DNA from: Fidelibacterota bacterium
Lineage (GTDB): Bacteria > Fidelibacterota > UBA8477 > JABMPR01
Assembly: GCA_016845065.1 (NCBI GenBank)
Contig: JAERTG010000114.1
Span: forward strand, 3,243 to 67,242
Direction of reading: 5' to 3'
Length of the DNA: 64,000 nt
The translations under genes and the position numbers were made by a program. Position 1 is the first letter of the stretch. The number at the start of each line of letters is the position of its first letter. This document shows positions 18,186 to 26,753 of the stretch, piece by piece. The notes under the pieces are model-generated. The model was not told the origin of the DNA. It was given only the letters and a program-made list of their open reading frames with translations, and did no database searches.

Positions 18186-19379
18186 CTATTCCCAAAAGCC
18201 TTTTAGAGCAGCCAGACCTTCCTGGATCTGATCCACATTAATACCGCTATAAGCAAAACGAATAAAGACCTTGTCTTCCCCAGGGAGAGGTCGCCCAAAA
18301 TGTTCACGAGAGCAAAAGGATACGCCGGTCTCATACAATGCATCCAGACGGAATTTGGTAGAATCTGTATACCCCTTACGCCTGAAAATATCGGTCACAT
18401 CTGGAAAGAGATAGAATGTAGTTTCTGGTTTTGAAACTTTCACACCATCAATAGCCAGAAGTGCATCCACCAATGCATCCCGCCTGAGTTTCAGCTGGTC
18501 GAGGATTTCAATTTGTGGTTCTGCAGGTCCTTGCAGGCAGGCAAGACCGGCCATCTGGACAAAATGATTGGAGCAGGATTCCTGATTGGTATTGAATTTT
18601 GAAATGGCTTCTATCACTTCTGGTGGTCCCGCAGCACATCCCAAACGCCACCCTGTCATGGCAAACTTCTTGGAAAATGTGTAAAGAATAACTGTTCGTT
18701 CAGCCATATCAGGCAGGGAAGCAATACTCTTGCTGCGACCAGAATAGCGAACTTCAAAATAGGCTTCATCTGATAGCACCCACAAATCATGTTTGATCGC
18801 CAGATCTGCAATCCACTTCATTTCAGCTTCAGTAGACTCAGCACCAATGGGGTTCTGATAATTATTATATACAATAACCGTTGTCTTGTCGGTGATCTGG
18901 TTCTCAATTTCCTCTTTATTGATTGCGAACCCTGTTTCTGTCGTCACATAGCCGTATGGAAGCGCTTTACCCCCGAGATATTCTATCTGAGATTCATAAA
19001 TAGGATAACCGGGATTTGGGTATAACGCCTCAGCACCTTCTTCAAGGAGGACACCTAAAAACTTACCAATGACTGGCTTGCCACCTGGCTGAACGGAAAT
19101 ATTCTCGGCGGTGTAATTCAGCCCCCGAGCCATACCAATATCTTCTGCCAAAGCTTCGCGTAGTGGCATGATTCCTGGACCGGGTGCATAACCTGTTTTT
19201 CCATCACGGGCTGCTTTCGTGGCTGCATCCCGAATGTATTCAGGCGTGGTGATGTTCATGTCCCCCAGATGAAATGGGTAAACCTTGTTTCCCTTGGCAG
19301 ACCAGGCAGCTGCATCAGCGCCAACTGCAAAGGCGGTCTCTGTTCCCAGACGGCCGTAACGATTTGCAAATTTTCTCAT
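18186..19379 (-). CDS. class I/II pyridoxal-phosphate-dependent aminotransferase (aspartate-aminotransferase-like)
   Basis: YTFSKKFAMTGWRLG carries the PLP-lysine motif S-K-x-F. NPGYP and YNNYQNPIG segments are typical of fold-type I enzymes. Confidence 0.85.
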   Translation of the reverse strand: MRKFANRYGRLGTETAFAVGADAAAWSAKGNKVYPFHLGDMNITTPEYIRDAATKAARDGKTGYAPGPGIMPLREALAEDIGMARGLNYTAENISVQPGGKPVIGKFLGVLLEEGAEALYPNPGYPIYESQIEYLGGKALPYGYVTTETGFAINKEEIENQITDKTTVIVYNNYQNPIGAESTEAEMKWIADLAIKHDLWVLSDEAYFEVRYSGRSKSIASLPDMAERTVILYTFSKKFAMTGWRLGCAAGPPEVIEAISKFNTNQESCSNHFVQMAGLACLQGPAEPQIEILDQLKLRRDALVDALLAIDGVKVSKPETTFYLFPDVTDIFRRKGYTDSTKFRLDALYETGVSFCSREHFGRPLPGEDKVFIRFAYSGINVDQIQEGLAALKGFWE

Positions 19380-19408
19380 TTTAGACCTCTATATTTTTCG
19401 TCGGGAAG

Positions 19409-21733
19409 TTAGACCATTCCCAGACGTTTCATGCGTGCTTCACGATCGTTGGCAAAACGCTCAATACCTTCCAGCAACCAACGTTCAGAGAGGTGTGCCT
19501 CCTCCATTACTTCTTCCAATGAACCACCAGATCTCCAATTGTCATCCCAATCAGCTGTCATTGCATACTCGACAGAAAGACGATTACCTGTCCAATCCTG
19601 CATTGCAATCGCAGAACCGTTTGTGATGAAAGTTGAATTCAGCCAGTCAGATTCGCTCACAGTTTCATGACGATAAGACTCCGATTGGAGATCGAATAGC
19701 TGAGGACTTACTGCTGCAATCAGTTTCACATTCAAACCACGCTTATCCAGTTCTGGTAGTAACTTGAGCAGACTCGCTGTCGTTGCAGTACCCTGAACAA
19801 AAATGGTACCCATTTTTGGACGGTCAGATTTGTAATCCCTAATGATATATGCACCTCTGGCTGCGTCCATGTAGGAAGCCATACCTAATTTTTTGCGATC
19901 TGGCACTTCAACACCAGGTCGAGTGAGATGCAGGGCAATCACGGCAACATCAGTTGCAAGTGCCGCAGTCAGCATGGGCGCTACTTCGTTATGTTCCCAG
20001 GGATACAGATTGATGACCTTGCCTTTTGGGAAAAGCTGAGTCACTGCAGGTGAATAGATTCCAAAATGTGTTCTAGAGTCTTCTGCAGTTTCAGGTCCAG
20101 AATGACCAGCAACCCAGATTACCTTACCTAACTTCACTTCAGCATCCTGTACCATCTGACTGAAAATTCTAAACGAGCCATATTTTAGGTAAGAAAAAGA
20201 ACCATATGTGGAACAGGCAGCAAAAAAGCCGTTAAATTCGGCTTCTGGAGTCTTGGAAAAATTAGTTGCTGCAATTCCCGTACAGATACCAGCGTTTGCA
20301 AATTCAGTAATAGCCTGAGGGAGCATTGTTCCTTTGGTGTTATCGTTTCTGTCGTAGAAACCATAACCAGCAGTATCCCCGAAGTCTTTTCCAAATCCTG
20401 AAATGTTCGTAGAGTCAGCTAAATCAGCTGACATGGCCAGCACCAGAGGACGACCATAATTTTTGCTTACATAAGCATTCAAATAGGAGGCGTATTTCGA
20501 AAAGCCTCCCCGGTTTGGTGCAACTTCACCAGGTTGGACAAAAAGTTCTGGTGGTAGCGCTTTAAGGTCTGTCAATACGGGATCATTCAACGGATTTTTA
20601 GAGGTGTCGATCCAAACCCGTTCATTATCCTCAGGAACGCCTTCTCCCAACTCAACCAGACGATCTGCGAGATAGTTGAGGAGCTCAGGATCCTGATCAA
20701 ATACCTGGAAAACTCTTTCCATATTGTTGCGAGCTTGCTCTGTACGCTCAGCCTTTGTATCTGGACCTGCTTCTCCCATCCCTTCAAACTGGATTCCATA
20801 TTTATCGCTAAATTCTTTTTTTGTCTGCCAGTACGTAGGGTTATTGAATTTATGTGCAGCCCCGTGTGATTTGTTGTCGTAGACACCATAGCCTCGACCT
20901 TTGCGAGTTTTGAACCACGCCATGGCTGGAGCGCCTTCTGAATTTTCATCGAATGCCATTTCTTGGAGCGCATTATTAGTACTCTCCCAGTCCGAACCAT
21001 CCTCTGCACCAAAAACACGCCACCCATGTGGGGCAAACCAATCTTCAGGTGTTCCATAAACTACTGAGGAGAAGGGGCGATCATCGATTCCAAAATCATT
21101 CCAGTCCACAAGAAAGTGGAGGTTGCCAAGACCGAGACCATAGGCAGAATTTAGAGATTCATGAGTCACACCAGGAGTCAGGCCACCCTCACCCTCAACA
21201 GCGAAGACGCGGACATCCTCTGCCCCGGCATATTTGAGAGCCATAGCCTCACCGACAGCCACAGGCATTCCATGACCAGAAGGTCCAGTATTGGCCTTGA
21301 AAATATTTGTTTTGCCAGCCATCTCAGCATGTCCTGGAAGACCGCCCTTGTTTCTTAAGGTAAGAAGATCTTCCCAGGTTAATACCCGTTCAGCTGACCC
21401 AAGATTATAGCGTTCATCATTTGTTTCAGCATATTTGCGCCTTAAAGATTCATTTAGAACGGCCATGAGAGCATACAAACCTGGAACCACATGACCTGCA
21501 GAGAGGATGAATTTGTCACCAAAACGTTTTTGCGGTTTTCTGATGTCCCACCGCATGGGTCCACCTAAAAATAGTGAAACCAGCATATGCACTTTTGAAC
21601 GTGAACCTCCTGGATGACCACTCTGACGAAGATTGAGCATGATGTCAATCAACTGATCAGTCATATCCTTGATTTTTTCCCATTTTGGATAAATTTCAGG
21701 TGTCACTTGTAGTTTTGATGTCTCTGTAGTCAT
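19409..21733 (-). CDS. divergent transketolase-family ThDP enzyme (774 aa)
   Basis: SGHPGGS, SAGH, GPSGHG, EF-x-N/A-G and EDSRTH segments align with TktA landmarks. GEG replaces GDG. It is about 110 aa longer than E. coli TktA, with an insert in the middle. Confidence 0.7.
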   Translation of the reverse strand: MTTETSKLQVTPEIYPKWEKIKDMTDQLIDIMLNLRQSGHPGGSRSKVHMLVSLFLGGPMRWDIRKPQKRFGDKFILSAGHVVPGLYALMAVLNESLRRKYAETNDERYNLGSAERVLTWEDLLTLRNKGGLPGHAEMAGKTNIFKANTGPSGHGMPVAVGEAMALKYAGAEDVRVFAVEGEGGLTPGVTHESLNSAYGLGLGNLHFLVDWNDFGIDDRPFSSVVYGTPEDWFAPHGWRVFGAEDGSDWESTNNALQEMAFDENSEGAPAMAWFKTRKGRGYGVYDNKSHGAAHKFNNPTYWQTKKEFSDKYGIQFEGMGEAGPDTKAERTEQARNNMERVFQVFDQDPELLNYLADRLVELGEGVPEDNERVWIDTSKNPLNDPVLTDLKALPPELFVQPGEVAPNRGGFSKYASYLNAYVSKNYGRPLVLAMSADLADSTNISGFGKDFGDTAGYGFYDRNDNTKGTMLPQAITEFANAGICTGIAATNFSKTPEAEFNGFFAACSTYGSFSYLKYGSFRIFSQMVQDAEVKLGKVIWVAGHSGPETAEDSRTHFGIYSPAVTQLFPKGKVINLYPWEHNEVAPMLTAALATDVAVIALHLTRPGVEVPDRKKLGMASYMDAARGAYIIRDYKSDRPKMGTIFVQGTATTASLLKLLPELDKRGLNVKLIAAVSPQLFDLQSESYRHETVSESDWLNSTFITNGSAIAMQDWTGNRLSVEYAMTADWDDNWRSGGSLEEVMEEAHLSERWLLEGIERFANDREARMKRLGMV

Positions 21734-21775
21734 GTTTCCCTCTTTTAAATCTAAATTACATAAACATTAGAGAAT

Positions 21776-22177
21776 TTAACGAGTGAGGTCAGTCAAATTC
21801 TTCGATCGCAGAACCTTCGCCATGGCGGCTTGAGCCTCTTCCCATACATCGTGCATACCACATTCACTTAGGAACTCGCATGAGGCATCTTCAAGGAGAC
21901 ATTCGTTCAAAGCCAGAGGTCCCTCGAGGGCTTCAACAACTTCCAGAACTGTAATTTCCTTGGGCTCACGTGCTAAACGAACACCACCTGATACGCCACG
22001 TGTACTATTTATTATTCCTTGTTGAACAAGGGGTTTGAACAATTTTCTAAGAAATGGTTCGGGGATTTTTTTATTCTCAGAGATATCACCAATACTTATG
22101 CGGCTTTCGTCACCATTTTCAACCAGATACCTAACGGCTCTCAGTCCATATTCCCCTGCTTTAGTTAATCGAATCAC
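21776..22177 (-). CDS. Rrf2-family transcriptional regulator with a three-Cys cluster-ligand motif
   Basis: The N-terminal MIRLTKAGEYGLRAVRYL winged-helix is typical of Rrf2. C93-x6-C100-x5-C106 (plus H109) resembles the IscR/NsrR Fe-S ligand spacing. Confidence 0.85.
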   Translation of the reverse strand: MIRLTKAGEYGLRAVRYLVENGDESRISIGDISENKKIPEPFLRKLFKPLVQQGIINSTRGVSGGVRLAREPKEITVLEVVEALEGPLALNECLLEDASCEFLSECGMHDVWEEAQAAMAKVLRSKNLTDLTR

Positions 22178-22339
22178 AATATAACTCCTTGTCTCATTTA
22201 CCAGTCAGATCTGCTTTAACTGGGGGTTACACTATCATACTACTATTTGTGAGAATATTACTCTTAATAGCGAGAAATCCCAGATGAAGTTTCAATCTTT
22301 AATAGATTGTTTCCAGTTGGATATACTCGAAATTGAGGA

Positions 22340-22531
22340 CTATTCCTCAACAGTCGAATCACCCTTTTGAATAATCAAAGCGATTCCGGCAAGGCTTGCA
22401 GCCAACCCAAGTCCAAGGAAAAAGATGTCAAAAGCATCTGCTGCTCCACCCAAAATATTCATCCATGCTTCCCCAAGGGAAATTGCACCGACGACCAGGG
22501 CTGAGTATCCGACTTTTTTTTCTTCTTTCAT
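22340..22531 (-). CDS. hypothetical small membrane protein (63 aa, two predicted helices)
   Basis: ORF with an AGGAAG SD upstream and two hydrophobic, Gly/Ala-rich segments. I recognise no family. Confidence 0.4.
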   Translation of the reverse strand: MKEEKKVGYSALVVGAISLGEAWMNILGGAADAFDIFFLGLGLAASLAGIALIIQKGDSTVEE

Positions 22532-22657
22532 AACTTCCTGTCATCTCGCTGAAAATCAAACTACGATGACATAAAGGCAAATATGTTGCCAAACCGGAAG
22601 ATCAGGCGAATTAAGCTTACCTCAGAGCATATTGATTAGCTTAATAGCAGGTGGGTG

Positions 22658-24649
22658 TTATTTCAGAATTGAAATTTTTTGTGAGTGAGACCCATATCCA
22701 GGTGAGTTTATCTGAGCTATATAGACACCTGAGCCAAGATTCATCCCATGATTATCCTTGCCATTCCAATGAGTTTCATAGTCACCAGAAGCAGTGTGGT
22801 GCAGGGAATTGGTATAAACCTCGCGCCCACGGAGATCATAAATTGTAAGGAGGCCTTGAAATTGGGGACCCGCTGTATAAGGTATATTCACCTCTCCATT
22901 GAATGGGTTTGGATATGCTGAATGGAGTTTGAAGCTTCCCGATATAAACCCGCCCTCGGTACTTGCGACCTGATTCACACCTTTTAGTATCCACTCATTT
23001 TCATCAAAAGTGAGTGTAGTCGGAACAAAATCCAATGTGAAGTTAAATTCCTGGGTTCTCAAAGAATCCCAAATCACCATACTCGCTTCATTGCTGCTGT
23101 TGCTTAATTTCAGATCAATTGGCATTTTGAATATGGGTCTTGAAGTGCTTTGAACCTGGTCCACGTGCACTGTAATCTGGGAGTTCCCAAATTCATCCGC
23201 TTCAGTGGCACTCCACCACCACGTGTAGGATGGTCTGCCAATCCCGTAAATCCATTGGTCAAAAAACCATTCCAAATCCTGGCCCCATACTTCCTCTACA
23301 ACCCCTTGAAAATCCTCTGTGGAGGCTGTTCTGAACTGGAACTCATCGCGGTAAGCTGCAAGACTGGCAAAAAAGGTCTCATCCCCTACCACGTGCCTCA
23401 GCATATGTAATACCCATGCACCTTTCTGATATACCATGGAATAGCTAAAAATTTGACCAACACTGCTGGTATCTGGTCGGTACACTGAGCTACTCACATC
23501 ATTGACTTTTAAGGCCATATGCCCATGTAAGGAATCCTCACCGGCGACTTCGCCCCAATAGAGAGCTTCTGAGTAAGTAGCGAAACCTTCGTTAATCCAG
23601 ATATGATGGAAATTACTGCAAGTTACAAGATCACCCCACCACTGATGCGCCAATTCATGGGCAATTGTATTCTCTCCATAGGATCCCATACTTGAACAGG
23701 TCTGGTGCTCCATAGCTCCTCCCCACTGGAATTGGGCCATACCATACTTTTCCTCAGCAAAGGGATATTTCCCAAAGAATTCTCCAAAAATATCCATCAT
23801 ATCAGCAGTTCTATTCCACCGTTCAACTATATGGTCAGTTGCGGAGGCAGGATACATCCAATACTCCAGGGGCATGGAATCACCATCTGCAAAGTGATAC
23901 ATTTCTGTCCAATAGGTATAATCAGTTATGGCCAGGGAAACCAGATACGTTGTGATGGGATATTTATGTTCCCAGATTGTTGTTTTTGTATCATCGGGGT
24001 TTAATGTTTCCGAAACCAACAGTCCATTTGCAACTGCGTCATAGGCTGCATCTGTTGTGAGAGAAATACGCACTGAATCAGCTTTGTCCGTAGGAACGTC
24101 TTTGCAGGGCCACCAGGATCTTGCACCATATGGTTCGCTCAGGGTTGATATCATGGGTGGACGTGATGGATCGTTATATTGATTACCAAAGGCAAATGCC
24201 TGAAAACCACCTTGAAGCGGATGCCCATGATATTGGATACCAACAACAAGAGATTCTCCAACATTGTAGCTACCATCTAGTGCAATGCTCACCAGATCAG
24301 AGAAGTGATTAAAAGTTGCGCCGTTATGGGTGACTGCATCCACTGTCATATTGCTGGCAAAATCAAGTTGTATGCTTTCCAGGTCATCTACTTCCGACAT
24401 GAGGTGAATCTCTACGTTTCCATAAATAATCTCAGTATCAATGTTGATGTCTAATTCAATATTATAATAGTGGACATCATAGTCAAAAATATCTGCCCTC
24501 TGAGAGGATTTTGCCAATGCATTGTAGTGAGAACTCATCTCCGAGATAGGTTTACAGGGAAGATTTGAGTTGTCATAAACCTGGCCAAAAATCGAGCCGA
24601 TTATTAGTATGCTGAATATGGATGTAAAACGTATCATAATTGTCCTCAA
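22658..24649 (-). CDS. M1-family zinc metallopeptidase with a C-terminal PNPFN-type sorting domain
   Basis: HELAHQWWGD followed by WINEGFATY (HExxH-x18-E). Signal peptide. The C-terminal roughly 90 aa carry AYPNPFNGEVNIPY ... GVYIAQI, the T9SS type-A / FlgD-Ig-like pattern. Confidence 0.85.
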   Translation of the reverse strand: MRTIMIRFTSIFSILIIGSIFGQVYDNSNLPCKPISEMSSHYNALAKSSQRADIFDYDVHYYNIELDINIDTEIIYGNVEIHLMSEVDDLESIQLDFASNMTVDAVTHNGATFNHFSDLVSIALDGSYNVGESLVVGIQYHGHPLQGGFQAFAFGNQYNDPSRPPMISTLSEPYGARSWWPCKDVPTDKADSVRISLTTDAAYDAVANGLLVSETLNPDDTKTTIWEHKYPITTYLVSLAITDYTYWTEMYHFADGDSMPLEYWMYPASATDHIVERWNRTADMMDIFGEFFGKYPFAEEKYGMAQFQWGGAMEHQTCSSMGSYGENTIAHELAHQWWGDLVTCSNFHHIWINEGFATYSEALYWGEVAGEDSLHGHMALKVNDVSSSVYRPDTSSVGQIFSYSMVYQKGAWVLHMLRHVVGDETFFASLAAYRDEFQFRTASTEDFQGVVEEVWGQDLEWFFDQWIYGIGRPSYTWWWSATEADEFGNSQITVHVDQVQSTSRPIFKMPIDLKLSNSSNEASMVIWDSLRTQEFNFTLDFVPTTLTFDENEWILKGVNQVASTEGGFISGSFKLHSAYPNPFNGEVNIPYTAGPQFQGLLTIYDLRGREVYTNSLHHTASGDYETHWNGKDNHGMNLGSGVYIAQINSPGYGSHSQKISILK

Positions 24650-24743
24650 AATTTGTTATCCAAAAATAGGGAGCTCACCTGCACCATGCAATATCTCTAA
24701 CCACAAATAGATTAAAGAATTTGTGACAATTTGACATGGAGGG

Positions 24744-24774
24744 ATAAAAAAACGCGGCATTAAAACCGCGTTTT
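24744..24774 (-). terminator. intrinsic terminator after the ferritin-like gene
   Basis: Stem AACGCGG/CCGCGTT (24751-57 / 24766-72) with an 8-nt loop, then a T-run on the minus strand (TTTTTAT). Confidence 0.75.
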
Positions 24775-24796
24775 CAATAGTCTTGGAGTTTGCTGA

Positions 24797-25318
24797 TCAC
24801 ATGGGCCAGAAATTGGAGTCGTTCCAGACTTCCTGTCTAAAGTCTTCCTCCAGAGCCATAAGTTTTTGATGATGATCAATCTCCCAATCGGTAAGCCAGG
24901 TGAACAGTTTCTTAATCTCAGGATCGCTAGCTGCCTGTTCCTCTTTCTGATAAAATTTAAAAGCTCGCTCTTCAAGAGTAAGCGCAATGCTTATGGCTGA
25001 GGAATCGAAATCGCTATTTCTTAATTCCATGAGAAAAGATTTATCAATAATGGGGTCTTTAAAGCCAAATTGAAGTTCGTCTTCTGTAGGTAAAACAACC
25101 TTGCCCTCATCCAGATGTCGTTTGAAGGTGAGTTGAAGAATCTTTAAATGATGCTCTTCTTCTTTTACCATATGCTCAAATAATTCTTTTGCTACTGCGG
25201 AAGTGGCTGTCTTGGCAGCCATGGCAAAAAATTCCTTGCCATTCATTTCAAGTAGGATGGCCCGTTTTAGCACATCCTGCACGGATTTGAATTCAGACGT
25301 TTTCTCAGCGGTATTCAC
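24797..25318 (-). CDS. rubrerythrin/ferritin-like di-iron four-helix-bundle protein (no rubredoxin domain)
   Basis: Two E ... ExxH pairs (LLEMNGKE / EEEHH and LTLEERA / WEIDHH). GTG start with the GGGGAG SD lying inside the end of the upstream small ORF. Confidence 0.7.
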   Translation of the reverse strand: MNTAEKTSEFKSVQDVLKRAILLEMNGKEFFAMAAKTATSAVAKELFEHMVKEEEHHLKILQLTFKRHLDEGKVVLPTEDELQFGFKDPIIDKSFLMELRNSDFDSSAISIALTLEERAFKFYQKEEQAASDPEIKKLFTWLTDWEIDHHQKLMALEEDFRQEVWNDSNFWPM

Positions 25319-25323
25319 AAATT

Positions 25324-25575
25324 TTACTCCCCATCCTTGGATGATTGCTTGTTGTCTTCCTCATCTTCTACTGATTCGTCTTCGAGAGCTGCCTTTTGTT
25401 CCATGCGGTAAATGGCGCAGTGCTCGATTTCCGAATCGCGAAAACTGGTCAAAGGATTGTAATCACTTTTAAAGCGATTTTCACAATCACTGGCGGCTTC
25501 AGGACCTGATGGACATTCGATGTCATACACCGGACAGAAGCCTTTACGTTGATTTGAATCATTTGATGTCATCAT
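25324..25575 (-). CDS. hypothetical small Cys-containing acidic protein (83 aa)
   Basis: AGGAAG SD upstream. Four Cys (FCPVYDIECPSGPEAASDC ... EHC) and an acidic tail. It is 5 nt from the ferritin-like gene. Confidence 0.5.
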   Translation of the reverse strand: MMTSNDSNQRKGFCPVYDIECPSGPEAASDCENRFKSDYNPLTSFRDSEIEHCAIYRMEQKAALEDESVEDEEDNKQSSKDGE

Positions 25576-25672
25576 TTTTCTTCCTATACCCGTAAGCTAA
25601 GGTGTGATCAAGGTGAGTCCCACCTTGACCACATAATATAATCATGACCTGTAAAAAATTGGTATTGCTTGT

Positions 25673-25705
25673 AAAAAAAGCGGGGCTCTAATTATCGAGC
25701 CCCGC
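25673..25705 (-). terminator. intrinsic terminator after the PyrD-like gene
   Basis: 9-bp GC-rich stem GCGGGGCTC/GAGCCCCGC with an 8-nt loop, followed by TTTTTTT on the minus strand. Confidence 0.85.
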
Positions 25706-25722
25706 AACCAAAAGGAAATCAG

Positions 25723-26727
25723 TTAGAATTTATTGTTTGCCTGAAAATCCAACAAGGTTCGCATATAGTTATCACGAACCAAAGTTTGTGGTTTGGGTGA
25801 ATGAATTAAACTCATACTTCCTTTCATCTGGGAAATACTTTGATATTCATTTTCATCCATCCAGGTTATCAAATCTGCTTCAATGGTTTTTATTAATTCA
25901 GGACCGTAAGCCATAAGTGCAGAGGTCAGCATAGTGACATCGGCACCAGACATGATAAGTTTTAAAACATCCTTAGCGCTATGCACACCACCGCTTGCAG
26001 CAAAATTCAATTTCACATTGCCACGAAGAATGGATATCCAGCGCATTGGCAGGCGAATATCTCTACTATGACTTAAATGTATCTGGCGTTTGGTTTCCAG
26101 TTTTTCCAAATCAATATCCGGATGATAGAATCGGTTAAACATGACCAATGCATCTGCTCCAACTCCCTCTAATGCCTTCGCCATAGCTGGTAGCGAACTG
26201 AATCGGGATCCAATTTTGACAGCTACTGGAATATCCACATTTGATTTCACCCAGCTCACAATATCTGTATAACGCTTTTCAACATCAGCACTTGTTTCAT
26301 TGAAATCTACTGGCAAGTAATGGATATTTAATTCCAGGCCATCGGCCCCAGCTTCCTGAATTTTTTTAGCATATTGCATCCAGCCACCTGGAGTGGCACC
26401 ATTCAGACTAGCAATAATGGGAATATCCACACCCTCCTTGATTTTGCGGAGATTTTCCAGATAATCCTGCGGTCCGGACACATATTCATGAGCCTTTGGG
26501 AAAAAACTCAATGATTCAGCATATGAATCAGTCCCATAATCCATGAAATGTTCAATTGAGCTGTCTTCCTGCTCTATCTGTTCTTCAAAAAGTGAGAACA
26601 ATACCACAGCAGATGCACCATTTTCTTCTAGAATTTTAATCTTATCTAGTTTTTCTGTCAGGGGTGAAGCTGAGGGAACTAAAGGATTCTTTAATTCCAA
26701 GCCCATGTAATTTGTACTTAGACGCAT
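25723..26727 (-). CDS. dihydroorotate dehydrogenase-like (PyrD-family TIM-barrel flavoprotein-like) protein
   Basis: Class-1 DHOD-like pattern (NPLVPSASPLT, PIIASLNG, PVAVKI, ASGGVHSAKD). It starts 26 nt downstream of nifJ. Confidence 0.7.
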   Translation of the reverse strand: MRLSTNYMGLELKNPLVPSASPLTEKLDKIKILEENGASAVVLFSLFEEQIEQEDSSIEHFMDYGTDSYAESLSFFPKAHEYVSGPQDYLENLRKIKEGVDIPIIASLNGATPGGWMQYAKKIQEAGADGLELNIHYLPVDFNETSADVEKRYTDIVSWVKSNVDIPVAVKIGSRFSSLPAMAKALEGVGADALVMFNRFYHPDIDLEKLETKRQIHLSHSRDIRLPMRWISILRGNVKLNFAASGGVHSAKDVLKLIMSGADVTMLTSALMAYGPELIKTIEADLITWMDENEYQSISQMKGSMSLIHSPKPQTLVRDNYMRTLLDFQANNKF

Positions 26728-26753
26728 ATCAATTATTCCTTTATGATCTTCAC

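Noticed and set aside
20587-21057. 156-aa same-strand alternative-frame ORF inside the transketolase-like gene
   Set aside because: The main frame carries all the ThDP-enzyme motifs. The alternative frame has no features and no SD.
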